A stretch of 32,000 bases of DNA, from the NCBI RefSeq assembly GCF_000284115.1, contig NC_017080.1, positions 1,920,001 to 1,952,000 of the forward strand. Reading direction: 5' to 3'. Position 1 is the stretch's first letter. Every line of letters begins with the position of its first letter. Below are positions 7,656 to 16,111 of this stretch, piece by piece. Source of the stretch: Phycisphaera mikurensis NBRC 102666 (GTDB lineage Bacteria; Planctomycetota; Phycisphaerae; Phycisphaerales; Phycisphaeraceae). The notes below the pieces were generated by a model. That model saw only the letters and a program-made list of their open reading frames with translations, searched no databases and was not told where the DNA came from. The position numbers and the translations under genes are program-made.

Positions 7656-8918
7656 ATGCTCGCACTCCAGAAACTCTCGTTCGGCGTCGGCGACCGCTTC
7701 GCCCACCAGGCCGCCGCTCAGCTCCGCGCCTTCCGCGAGCTCGAGAAGCTCGGGCCGGTGGTGACGCCGGTCTGGAACAAGAGCAACCGCGAGCACACCT
7801 TCATCGGCTCCGAGCCGGCGCAGGTGCGGGAAGCGGCGGCGGCGGCCGTCGAGGCGGCCGGGTGGTCGCACCCCTGGCACGTCGACGCGGATCACATCAA
7901 CCTCGGAACCGTCGACGCCTTCACCGGCTGCAGCGACTTCTTCACGATCGACGTGGCGGACGCGATCGGCAAGCCTTCCGACGCGTCCGACGTCGACGCC
8001 TTCATCGCCCGCCACCGCGAGCTGATCGGCACGCTGGAGATCGACGGCCTCGGCGAGCCGCTCACCATCACCGAAGCCGACGTCCGCGCGACCGCCGACC
8101 ACTTCCTGCTCGCGACCCGGCGGGCCGGCGAGGTGCACCGGCACATCGCGGCGCGCCGCGGCGACGCCGACTTCATCGCCGAGGTGTCGATGGACGAGAC
8201 GCCCGATCCGCAGACGCCCCCGGTGCTCCTGGTGATCCTCGCGGCGCTCGCCGACGCCGGGGTGCCGCTGCAGACGATCGCGCCCAAGTTCACCGGCCGC
8301 TTCAACAAGGGGGTCGACTACGTCGGCGACCTCGCCTGCTTCGAGCGGGAGTTCAACGACGACGTCGCGGTGATCCGGCACGCCGTGGCGGCCTACGGCC
8401 TGCCGGAGAACCTCAAGCTCTCCGTGCACAGCGGCAGCGACAAGTTCAGCCTCTACCCGATCATCCACCGCTCGATGCGGGCCACCGGGGCCGGCGTGCA
8501 CCTCAAGACCGCCGGGACGACGTGGCTGGAGGAGGTCATCGGCCTCGCCGAATCCGGCGGCGAGGCGCTCGACCTGGTCCGCGACATGTACGCCTACGCG
8601 CTGGGTCACGTGGAGGAGCTCTGCGCCCCCTACGCCGACGTCATCGACGTCGACCCCGCCGCGCTGCCGGGCGAGGACGAGGTCCGCGCCTGGGACGGGC
8701 CGCGCTTCGCGCAGGCGCTCCGCCACGTGCCCGGCGGCGCGGGGTTCGATCCCGCCGTCCGCCAGCTGATCCACGTCTCCTTCAAGGTCGCGGCCCGGGA
8801 GGGCGAGCGGTACACGCGGCTGCTGAAGGAGAACGAGGCGGTGGTGGGCGAGCAGGTGACCCAGAACCTGCTGGAGCGGCACATGAAGCCGCTGTTCCTG
8901 GGTTCCGCGGGCTCTTGA
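7656..8918 (+). CDS. uxaE: UxaE-family tagaturonate/fructuronate epimerase-like protein
   Basis: The product starts MLALQKLSFGVGDRFAHQ and contains WHVDADHI, HSGSDKFS and HLKTAGTTWLE, which I recognise as the UxaE family pattern (from memory, no search possible). The 60 codons upstream (7476-7655) use many A/T-ending and rare codons (aga, tta, gga), unlike genuine coding sequence here. Confidence 0.6.
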   Translation: MLALQKLSFGVGDRFAHQAAAQLRAFRELEKLGPVVTPVWNKSNREHTFIGSEPAQVREAAAAAVEAAGWSHPWHVDADHINLGTVDAFTGCSDFFTIDVADAIGKPSDASDVDAFIARHRELIGTLEIDGLGEPLTITEADVRATADHFLLATRRAGEVHRHIAARRGDADFIAEVSMDETPDPQTPPVLLVILAALADAGVPLQTIAPKFTGRFNKGVDYVGDLACFEREFNDDVAVIRHAVAAYGLPENLKLSVHSGSDKFSLYPIIHRSMRATGAGVHLKTAGTTWLEEVIGLAESGGEALDLVRDMYAYALGHVEELCAPYADVIDVDPAALPGEDEVRAWDGPRFAQALRHVPGGAGFDPAVRQLIHVSFKVAAREGERYTRLLKENEAVVGEQVTQNLLERHMKPLFLGSAGS

Positions 8919-8987
8919 CCGATTTCAGAAAGCGTCCACCGGCGGCTGCGCGTCCTGCGCGGGTGCCGAGGCGGGTTCGCCAGGCGG

Positions 8988-9911
8988 TCAGGCGAAAAGA
9001 CCCGCTTCCGCCAGCCGCAGCAGCACCGCGACCAGCGGCCCGGCGAGCAGGACCGAGTCCCCCACGTCCATGACGCCGCCGAAGCCGGGGATCGTCCGCG
9101 CGAAGTCCTTCACGCCGGCGGCCCGCTTCAGGGCCGAGGCGAACAGGTCGCCGACCTGGCCGGCGAGACCCAGGACGGCCCCGCAGGCGAAGACCACCCA
9201 GAGGGCGACCTCCGGGAGCGTCGAATCTGCGCCTCCGGCGTCCGTTGCCCACCAAAGCGCCGCGGCGATGAGGCCCGCGAGCGTCATACCGCCGGCGAGG
9301 CCCTCGCGGGTCTTGCCCGGGCTGAGCCAGAGGATCAGCTTGTGGCGGCCGAGGTAGCGGCCGGTGAAGTACGCCCCGACGTCGCAGCTCTTCACGACCA
9401 GCATCGCCAGGACCATGAAGGGCGCAGGCGAGAGCGCCCGGACCCACAGCCACGAACCGGTCAGCAGCCCGATGAAGAGGAAGCCGACGGCGAAGCCGGC
9501 GACCAGCGCGAGGGCTCGCTCGGCGGAGCGGCTGCGGGAGCAGCCGAGGAGCACCGCCCAGCCCATGCCGACGGAGACGAGGCCCAGCGTGACGAGCAGC
9601 GCGTCGGCGTGGCCGTCGCCGGCGGCGGCGTCGCCGGCGTGCCCCGCGGCGAGCGCGGCGGCCCCCACGAGCGCGACGAGCAGGCCCGCGGCGGCGCCGC
9701 CGCCGAGCGTCGCGGCGCCCACGGTCCGCCCGACGGCGGCGAAGAGCACCGCGATCTCGCGAGACGCCCCGTAGGCGAACGGAGCGAAGACGCCCAGCAC
9801 GAGCACGCCTCCGGGCAGCCAGCCGGCCGCGGCGGCCCGCGCGTCCAGCCAGAGCATCAGCAGCAGCCAGGCCACCATGACCACGGAGGAGGGGAGGCGG
9901 TGGCGGAGCAT
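8988..9911 (-). CDS. cdsA: Phosphatidate cytidylyltransferase (CdsA) family membrane protein, with an atypical signature
   Basis: The 307 aa polytopic protein contains KSCDVGAYFTGRYLGRHKL, SPGKTREG and GDLFASALKRAAGVKD...IPGFGGVMDVGDS. This aligns to the CDS signature ending IPGHGGxLDRxDS, but with His to Phe and Arg to Val. Confidence 0.75.
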   Translation of the reverse strand: MLRHRLPSSVVMVAWLLLMLWLDARAAAAGWLPGGVLVLGVFAPFAYGASREIAVLFAAVGRTVGAATLGGGAAAGLLVALVGAAALAAGHAGDAAAGDGHADALLVTLGLVSVGMGWAVLLGCSRSRSAERALALVAGFAVGFLFIGLLTGSWLWVRALSPAPFMVLAMLVVKSCDVGAYFTGRYLGRHKLILWLSPGKTREGLAGGMTLAGLIAAALWWATDAGGADSTLPEVALWVVFACGAVLGLAGQVGDLFASALKRAAGVKDFARTIPGFGGVMDVGDSVLLAGPLVAVLLRLAEAGLFA

Positions 9912-10006
9912 GGCGGGAGCCTAAAGGGCGGCGGGGAAGCTGCCGGCGACCGCCGAAGCCCCGGAAGGGCGGTGGGGCGCGGAGAGGCCCGTAGTCTCCG
10001 CGCCCG

Positions 10007-11914
10007 ATGCCGGCCGCTCCCTCCCGCCCCTCCCCGCTGCCCGCTCCCGCGCCCGGCGTGCGGCGTCGGCGGGCCGTCGGCGGCCTGGTCCGACGCATCC
10101 CGCTGCTCCTTCTCGCCGCCTGGCTGCCGCTCGCCGTCGTGGCCGCCGAAGCGGCCGACGCCCTCGGGGGAGCCGGCGGCGTGTACGGCGGCGAGGCCCG
10201 CGTCTGGCGCGTCGGCCCGGGGGCCAAGGCCCAGACGATCCGGATCGACACCGGGCCGCTCCCCGGCGCGGGCGAAGCGGCGACGCTGCGCCGCGCGACC
10301 GCCCTGCGTGGCCGCGTCGCGGCCGCGGCGTCGGGCCCGGGCGGTCGCTCGCTCTGGCTGGTTCTCGGCGGCGGGGCGGTCCGCGAGCTCACGGCGGCCC
10401 CGCCCGCCGCCTCCGGTCGCTTCGCGCCGCGGATCGACCTGCGGCCCGCCGCCGACCTCCCCGCGGGCGAGCGGGCGGTCGCGCTGCTCGCGGTGGAGGA
10501 CGGGCTGTGGGTCCTGACGCGGCCGGCCGACGCGGCGGCGACGGCCGGCGGGGCCGCGGCCGAGCCGGAAGCGGCGGCCGTTGCTTCAGGACCGGCCTCG
10601 GAGGCCGCCCCCGCCGGAGACGCCGCCGAGCCCGCCACCCGCTCTCGCGCTATGGAGCTCCGCCTGCTCGGCGTCGGCGGGGCGTCGCCTCCCGCGCCAC
10701 CCGAGAGCCCTCGGCCGGCGACGGCCGGGCCCGCAGAGCCCGCGCCGCCCGCCTCGCTGCTCTTCCTGGGCCGCCAAGGCTGGGAGCGGCACGCCGCTCC
10801 GGGCGGCGCCGGAGCGGAGGGCACCGACGCCTTCCTGCTGCCGGCCGGAGACGCCGCCGATCCCGGCAGGCCCGCGGTGCTGCTGCGCGACGCCGCGGGC
10901 GGGCTGACGCTGCACGACCCCGCCGCGGGCGGAGGCGGCGACGCCGGGGCCTGGGCGAGGCGCAGCCTCGGCACGAGCCCGCCGCTGATCGCCGCGCCGC
11001 TGCCGCTGGACGGCGGGGCGGTGCTGCTGTTCGGCGGCGAGGCGGACGCGGGAGCCTCCGCGGAGATCCTCCGCCCGGCCGCGCCCAAACCGCGCCTCCC
11101 GCTTGCCGACGCGGAGCCCGCACTCGCCGCGGAGGGCCCGCTCGCGGGGGCCTTCGCCGGCAACGGCCGCTGGTGGCTGGCGCGGGAGGCCGATCCGCCT
11201 CCCGCCGGCGCCGCCGCGCCCGCGTGGCTGCGCTGGGCCGCCGAGGCGCCGGCCGAGGAGGGGCTCTCGCTCGTGCCCGTCTCCGCGGAGGGCACCCCGG
11301 GCACGCCGCGGGCGGTGGGCGTCAGCCGCAACCCCGCCGGCGGCATCGCGGCCGACTTCCCGCTGCTGCTGCTCGTGCTGATGGTCGCGACGATGGCGAC
11401 CTTCCTCTTCTGGCGGCGGGACCCCAGGAAGCAGGAGCTGCGGCTCGGTCCCGATCAGCGGCTTGCCACGACGCCGACGCGGCTCGCCGCCGCCGCGATT
11501 GACCTCCTTCCGGGCCTGCTGCTGGCGTGGCTGGCCTTCGGTTCCACGGCCGAGTCGCTCTTCGCCCACTGGCCCGGCCTCGGGCGGCCCAGCACGCCGC
11601 TGCAGACGCTCCCGCCGCTGCTCGTCGTGGGCGTCACCACGCTGCACACCGGCCTCGCCGAGGCGGTGACCGGGCGGTCGCTCGGGAAGCTGCTGCTGCG
11701 GCTGCGGGTGGCCGATCTCGCCGGCGGCCGCGTGGGCTTCGGCCGGGCCCTGCTGCGCATGGCCATGAAGCCCGTCGACCTGCTCGCCGTGCTGCTGCTG
11801 GTGCTCCCGCTGATCAATCCGCACCGCCAGCGCTTGTGCGATTTGGTCGCGGGCACGGTGGTGCTGGGGCCGGCGGGCTCCGACGCGGACCGGGGCGCGT
11901 CGCCGGGGCCGTGA
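10007..11914 (+). CDS. RDD-domain membrane protein with a large Ala/Gly/Pro-rich N-terminal exported region
   Basis: The 635 aa ORF has an N-terminal signal/anchor (IPLLLLAAWLPLAVVAAEAA). The C-terminal 190 aa match the RDD family layout (RLAAAAIDLLPGLLLAWLAF ... GRSLGKLLLRLRV ... RQRLCDLVAGTVVL). Third-position GC is high throughout. Confidence 0.65.
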   Translation: MPAAPSRPSPLPAPAPGVRRRRAVGGLVRRIPLLLLAAWLPLAVVAAEAADALGGAGGVYGGEARVWRVGPGAKAQTIRIDTGPLPGAGEAATLRRATALRGRVAAAASGPGGRSLWLVLGGGAVRELTAAPPAASGRFAPRIDLRPAADLPAGERAVALLAVEDGLWVLTRPADAAATAGGAAAEPEAAAVASGPASEAAPAGDAAEPATRSRAMELRLLGVGGASPPAPPESPRPATAGPAEPAPPASLLFLGRQGWERHAAPGGAGAEGTDAFLLPAGDAADPGRPAVLLRDAAGGLTLHDPAAGGGGDAGAWARRSLGTSPPLIAAPLPLDGGAVLLFGGEADAGASAEILRPAAPKPRLPLADAEPALAAEGPLAGAFAGNGRWWLAREADPPPAGAAAPAWLRWAAEAPAEEGLSLVPVSAEGTPGTPRAVGVSRNPAGGIAADFPLLLLVLMVATMATFLFWRRDPRKQELRLGPDQRLATTPTRLAAAAIDLLPGLLLAWLAFGSTAESLFAHWPGLGRPSTPLQTLPPLLVVGVTTLHTGLAEAVTGRSLGKLLLRLRVADLAGGRVGFGRALLRMAMKPVDLLAVLLLVLPLINPHRQRLCDLVAGTVVLGPAGSDADRGASPGP

Positions 11915-12034
11915 CGCTGCGTTGGCTCCGGCGACGGCCCGGCCCCGGTGGCGCGGCCGGCGGGCTCGCGATCCGGCCGTCATCGGGGCTGCCGCCGCGA
12001 GGGCGAGCCCCGGACGCTGGGTCGGGCGTCGGCG

Positions 12035-12649
12035 TCAGCCCGCCGCCGACGCCTCCCCGAGCACGTCTTCGCGCTGCAGCCGGGCCATCAATTCCGGCAG
12101 CAGCCGGTCCAGGTCCGCCGCGTGCTCGGTCGCGATCTCCGCGGCCGGCGTCAGGTCCACCGGCCGGTGCAGCCGCTGCGCGAAGTGCCCCGACATCTGC
12201 CCGAAGGTCGCGAGCAAGCCCGCCCGGCTCGCGTACCGCAGCAGCCAGCCCTGCCGCAGCATGCGGCGGCACGCGGCCCGCATGCGCGGCGGCATGTGGC
12301 CGCGGCCGGCGTAGAGCCCGCCGTGGTAGCGGCGGATCGCTTCCTCCAGCGGCAGCGGGTGCAGCCCGGGCCACGCCCGGCACAGCGCGGCGTCGAGGCA
12401 GACGTCCGCGGCGATGCCGGCGAACCGGCCCAGCCGCGGGCGGAAGAACGCGGCCGCCTCGAGGAAGGCGGGGTGGGCGTCCGTCGCCCGGTCGATGCGG
12501 CGGTGCCGCCGCACCTGCGAGCAGACGGCCGGCGGCAGGCCAAGCGGCAGCGGCCCGCGGACCAGGTCGGGCATCAACGCGCCCACCAGCGCAGCCGGCT
12601 CCGCCACGCCGCGGGGCCGGGCCAGGTACAGGTGCGCGAGGAAGTTCAC
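12035..12649 (-). CDS. acpH: Acyl carrier protein phosphodiesterase (AcpH / DUF479 family)
   Basis: The 204 aa ORF begins MNFLAHLYLA, the hallmark AcpH N-terminus, and has later HRRID and D..LD motifs. Confidence 0.75.
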   Translation of the reverse strand: MNFLAHLYLARPRGVAEPAALVGALMPDLVRGPLPLGLPPAVCSQVRRHRRIDRATDAHPAFLEAAAFFRPRLGRFAGIAADVCLDAALCRAWPGLHPLPLEEAIRRYHGGLYAGRGHMPPRMRAACRRMLRQGWLLRYASRAGLLATFGQMSGHFAQRLHRPVDLTPAAEIATEHAADLDRLLPELMARLQREDVLGEASAAG

Positions 12650-12824
12650 CGGCCCGCAGTGTGGCCGGTGGAGCGGCCGCGTGGGCCGCCGATGGGACGG
12701 CGGGCCCGCGGTCGGCTAAAACCTAGACGCACGCGCGGCCCAGCGCGGCGCGGCCACGCCGCGCCGGGCCGCTTCCGGTCCCCGTCCTCCGGGCGGTCGG
12801 CCCCCCCACCCCGACGGAAACGCC

Positions 12825-15677
12825 ATGCCCGACGTGAGCTTTGACGGACATGCCTTCCTCGTGGAGCGTCGCCGGGTCTTCCTCGTCGGCGGCACGGTGC
12901 ACCACGCCGCCAGCCCCGCCGCCGAGTGGCCGCGCCGGCTCGCCGCCGCGCGTCGCGCCGGCCTCAACTGCATCGAGACCGCGGTGCCCTGGCTGCTGCA
13001 CGAGCCCGCTCCCGGCGAGTTCGACTTCTCGGGCCGGGCCGATCTCGCCGCTTTCCTCCGCCTCGCCGGCGAGGCGGGGCTCTTCGTCCGGCTGCGGATG
13101 GGCCCGTACGTGGGCGCCGGCTTCGGCGGCGGGGGCCTGCCGGCCTGGCTGCCCGAGGTGCCGATCACCAAGAAAAGCGGCCCGATGAAGGCCCGCGAGT
13201 CCAGCGATCCCTTCATGGCCGCCTGCACGCGCTGGTACACCCGGCTGATGAAGGAGGTGGCGCCGCTGCAGGTCAGCGCCTCCCGCGTGGGGGACGCGAC
13301 GCCGGCCGCGTCGCGGGCCGACGCGGCGCTGGGCCCGGCCGCGGGCTACCGCGGCGAGGGTGGCGGGCCCGTGCTCGCGATGCAGAGCGAGCACCGCTGG
13401 CTGTGCCACTCGCCCGCCGAGCACGCCAACTACCACCGCACGCTGATCCGCTTCCTGCTCGAGGGCGGCGCCCGGGTGCCGATCACCGCGGCGAACCAGC
13501 TGTGGCAGCCCGTCGACGGGGCGGTGCAGACCTGGTCGAGCACCGCCGGCGCCGGCTCGGCCGACGCCGAGACCGGGCTGGCGGGCACCGCCCGCCAGCT
13601 CGCGGGCGTTCAGCCGGGGCGGCCGCGGATCGTCGAGATTCTGCCCGGTCCGGCCGCGCCGTCCGCGGGCGACGAGCTCGCCGCCGCCGCCGAGGTGCTC
13701 GCCGTCGGCGCGATGCCGCACCTGGGCGCCTTCGGCGGCGGCCGGAGGCTCGGTTTCGACGGCGGGCTCGACGCCGACGCCGACCCGGCCGGCGACCTGA
13801 TCGACTCCGCCGGCCGGCCTCGCGACGGCTTCCACGCCCTCCGCCGGCTCCTCTGCTTCGCCTCCTGCTTCGGCAACGCGCTGGGGCAGGCCGAGCCCGC
13901 GGCCCCCACGCCCGTGCTGCGGCCACGCTCTGTGGGCGCCGGCGTCACGCTCCTGCCGGTGGGCGGCGAGGCCGGTGGGGCGCTGTTCCTCTTCGCGGGC
14001 TCCGAGCAGAAAGCCGACGCCGCCGAGGTGCTCCTGCCCGATGGCCGCACCCTGCGCGTCCCCCTTGGCGAAGACCGGCTGGCCTGGGTGGCCCGCGACC
14101 TCCGGCTTGGCGCGAAGGGCCGCATCGGCCACGCCACGCTCCCGCTGGTGGGCTTCTTCCACGATGCGCTGCTCGTGCTCGTGGGCCCCGCCGGCAAGGA
14201 GGGCGAGCTCGAGCTCAACGGCGCCCTCCACCGCCTGCCCGTCCCCGCCAAGGGTGATGCCGAGCCCGCGGTCGTGCCGCTTGGCGCCGGCGTCCACGCC
14301 GTCGTGCTCAACGAGCAGCAGCACGAGGGCTTCGCCGTCGTGGCCGAGGGCGTCTGCCTCGGCGTGGACCCCTTCGAGGCGCCCGCCGAGTCCGCCGACG
14401 CCGACCCCGCCGAGGCCGCCGACGCTCACCGCGTCGTGCCCGCGGCCGCCACGCTGCGCCCCGCCGCGGGCCGCACCTCCCGCTTGGTGGTGGGGGTCGG
14501 CGGCGGCGTCGAGACCACCGAGCAGGTGGCCCCGCGTCGGCCCCCGGCGCCCAAGCTCGGCGCCTGGGCCGCCCGCGGCACCTCCGCCGAAGCCGACGGC
14601 ACCGCCGCGGGCTACAAGCCGGTGCCCGCCGTGGGCACGCCCGCCCGGCACGATCCGGCCCGCGGCGACGCCTACGGCTGGCTCACGCTCGACAACCCCG
14701 GCGCCGCCGCCGCCCGCACCGAGCCCACCGTCTTCCCCGGCGGGCCCTGCCGCCTGCACGTCTTCAGCGACGGAAAGCCCGTCGCCGTGGTCGGCCCCGG
14801 CGGCGACGGCGCCCGGTGCGACCCCCCCGAGGTCGCGCTCGGGGGCCGCACCGCCTTCCTCGTCGCCGGCGGCGTCCGCCCCTCCGGCGGCCTCCCCCAG
14901 GACCAAGCCCCCGGCCTCGCTGCCCCGCCCGTGAGCCTCAAGGAGGTCGAGCTCGGCGAGCCCGAGGTCACGACCACCCGCGCCCCCGATCCGTTCAAGA
15001 TCTCGGGCTACGTGCCCGGCCGCAGCAGCGAGGACGCTCCGCTGGGCTCGCGTGTGGCCTACGGGGTCAAGCTGCTCGGCAAGAAGCCGCTGTTCCTGCG
15101 GGGCCCGGTCCCGGCGGCCGGCACCGTCGTGCTCAACGGCACCCCCGTCGCCCGCTTCGGCCCCGACGCCGGGGCCTGCCCGCACTGGCGTATCGACCCC
15201 GCCGCCGAGGGCAGCAAGATGAAGGCCGGCACCAACGAGCTGGTGTTCCACTTCGACGCCGTGCTCGCGGACCCGGTCGCTGCTCTTGGCGCGCTCCGCG
15301 CCTGGCGCGAGGAAGCCGACCGCACCCCCTCGGGCAAGGGCGTGTGGAGCTTCTGCCCGTGGCGCGTCCCCGGCTTCGAGGGCGACGCGCCCAAGCCCGC
15401 CGCCGGCCTGCCCGTTTGGCACCGCTGCACCTTCTCCTCGAAGCGGCTGGATTTCCCGCTGTTCCTCGAGCCGGTCGGCCTCACCCGCGGCGTCGTGCTG
15501 CTCAACGGCCACGCCGCCGCGCGCTACCGCGTGGCCGGCCCCGGCGAGAAAGCACCGCCCAAGCCCGCGCCGATCCACCTGCCCACCGGCTGGCTCTCGG
15601 CCACCGGCGAGAATGAGCTGGTCCTGTTCGACGAGCACGGCGCCTCGGCCTCGAAGGCCAAGCTGCGTTGGGGCTGA
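12825..15677 (+). CDS. Glycoside hydrolase family 35-like protein (divergent beta-galactosidase homologue), 950 aa
   Basis: The N-terminal 110 aa match the GH35 TIM-barrel start: FDGHAFLVERRRVFLVGGTVHH, W...AGLNCIETAVPWLLHEPAPGEFDFSG, GLFVRLRMGPY, GGLPAWL. The expected ENEYG acid/base motif reads QSEHRW instead. There is no signal peptide. Confidence 0.65.
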   Translation: MPDVSFDGHAFLVERRRVFLVGGTVHHAASPAAEWPRRLAAARRAGLNCIETAVPWLLHEPAPGEFDFSGRADLAAFLRLAGEAGLFVRLRMGPYVGAGFGGGGLPAWLPEVPITKKSGPMKARESSDPFMAACTRWYTRLMKEVAPLQVSASRVGDATPAASRADAALGPAAGYRGEGGGPVLAMQSEHRWLCHSPAEHANYHRTLIRFLLEGGARVPITAANQLWQPVDGAVQTWSSTAGAGSADAETGLAGTARQLAGVQPGRPRIVEILPGPAAPSAGDELAAAAEVLAVGAMPHLGAFGGGRRLGFDGGLDADADPAGDLIDSAGRPRDGFHALRRLLCFASCFGNALGQAEPAAPTPVLRPRSVGAGVTLLPVGGEAGGALFLFAGSEQKADAAEVLLPDGRTLRVPLGEDRLAWVARDLRLGAKGRIGHATLPLVGFFHDALLVLVGPAGKEGELELNGALHRLPVPAKGDAEPAVVPLGAGVHAVVLNEQQHEGFAVVAEGVCLGVDPFEAPAESADADPAEAADAHRVVPAAATLRPAAGRTSRLVVGVGGGVETTEQVAPRRPPAPKLGAWAARGTSAEADGTAAGYKPVPAVGTPARHDPARGDAYGWLTLDNPGAAAARTEPTVFPGGPCRLHVFSDGKPVAVVGPGGDGARCDPPEVALGGRTAFLVAGGVRPSGGLPQDQAPGLAAPPVSLKEVELGEPEVTTTRAPDPFKISGYVPGRSSEDAPLGSRVAYGVKLLGKKPLFLRGPVPAAGTVVLNGTPVARFGPDAGACPHWRIDPAAEGSKMKAGTNELVFHFDAVLADPVAALGALRAWREEADRTPSGKGVWSFCPWRVPGFEGDAPKPAAGLPVWHRCTFSSKRLDFPLFLEPVGLTRGVVLLNGHAAARYRVAGPGEKAPPKPAPIHLPTGWLSATGENELVLFDEHGASASKAKLRWG

Positions 15678-15721
15678 GCCCGCCGGGGCTGCCGGATCCC
15701 GCCCGCCCTACGCTCCCGAAG

Positions 15722-16039
15722 ATGCCCGAATCCTCCGCCTCCAAGACCAAGCTCGAGGTCGTCGAGCCCATCGGCGCCCGCGTGCTGATCCGCAAGGACG
15801 AGGACCGCAAGACCACCAAAGCCGGCATCCACCTCCCCGACAAGATCGAGATTCCCACGATCACCGGCCGGATCGTCACCGTCTCCGCGGAGGTGGACAA
15901 CGACGACGACTACCCGCTGAAGCAGTACGACCGCGTGCTCTTCAACCCCAAGGGAGCGATCCCGGTCGAGTTCGAGGGCGACAACCGGCTCTTCGTCGTC
16001 CCCGTCGAGAACGTCGTGGCCGTCTTCCGCAGCCGGTGA
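15722..16039 (+). CDS. GroES/Cpn10-like co-chaperonin, with no adjacent GroEL
   Basis: From ATG 15722 the product reads MPESSASKTKLEVVEPIGARVLIRKDEDRKTTKAGIHLPD...GRIVTVS...YDRVLF...VVPVENVVAVF. This follows the GroES pattern, including a mobile-loop-like KTxxGIxLP. It starts 45 nt after the GH35-like stop. Confidence 0.65.
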   Translation: MPESSASKTKLEVVEPIGARVLIRKDEDRKTTKAGIHLPDKIEIPTITGRIVTVSAEVDNDDDYPLKQYDRVLFNPKGAIPVEFEGDNRLFVVPVENVVAVFRSR

Positions 16040-16111
16040 GCCGCGGGGCCCGCCGGGGCCCGAGACCTCGGACGGGGCCGGCGGCCCGGTGGCTCGGAGC
16101 GAGCGGGCGGT

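Noticed and set aside
5201-7657. 818 aa minus-strand ORF and 578 aa plus-strand ORF (5686..7422) across the sulfatase locus
   Set aside because: Both are composition-driven shadow ORFs (poly-Arg/Pro/Gly). The 5893..7407 frame carries the CTPSR sulfatase signature.
8782-11346. 854 aa minus-strand ORF spanning the cdsA and RDD loci (also 9342..10517 +, 10507..11502 + and 10586..11983 -)
   Set aside because: These are Ala/Arg/Pro/Gly-rich shadow frames without motifs. They overlap two genes with membrane-protein architecture and family signatures.
12723-15638. 971 aa minus-strand ORF antisense to the GH35-like gene
   Set aside because: It is low-complexity with no recognisable domain. The plus-strand frame has the GH35 N-terminal signature and a consistent high third-position GC.
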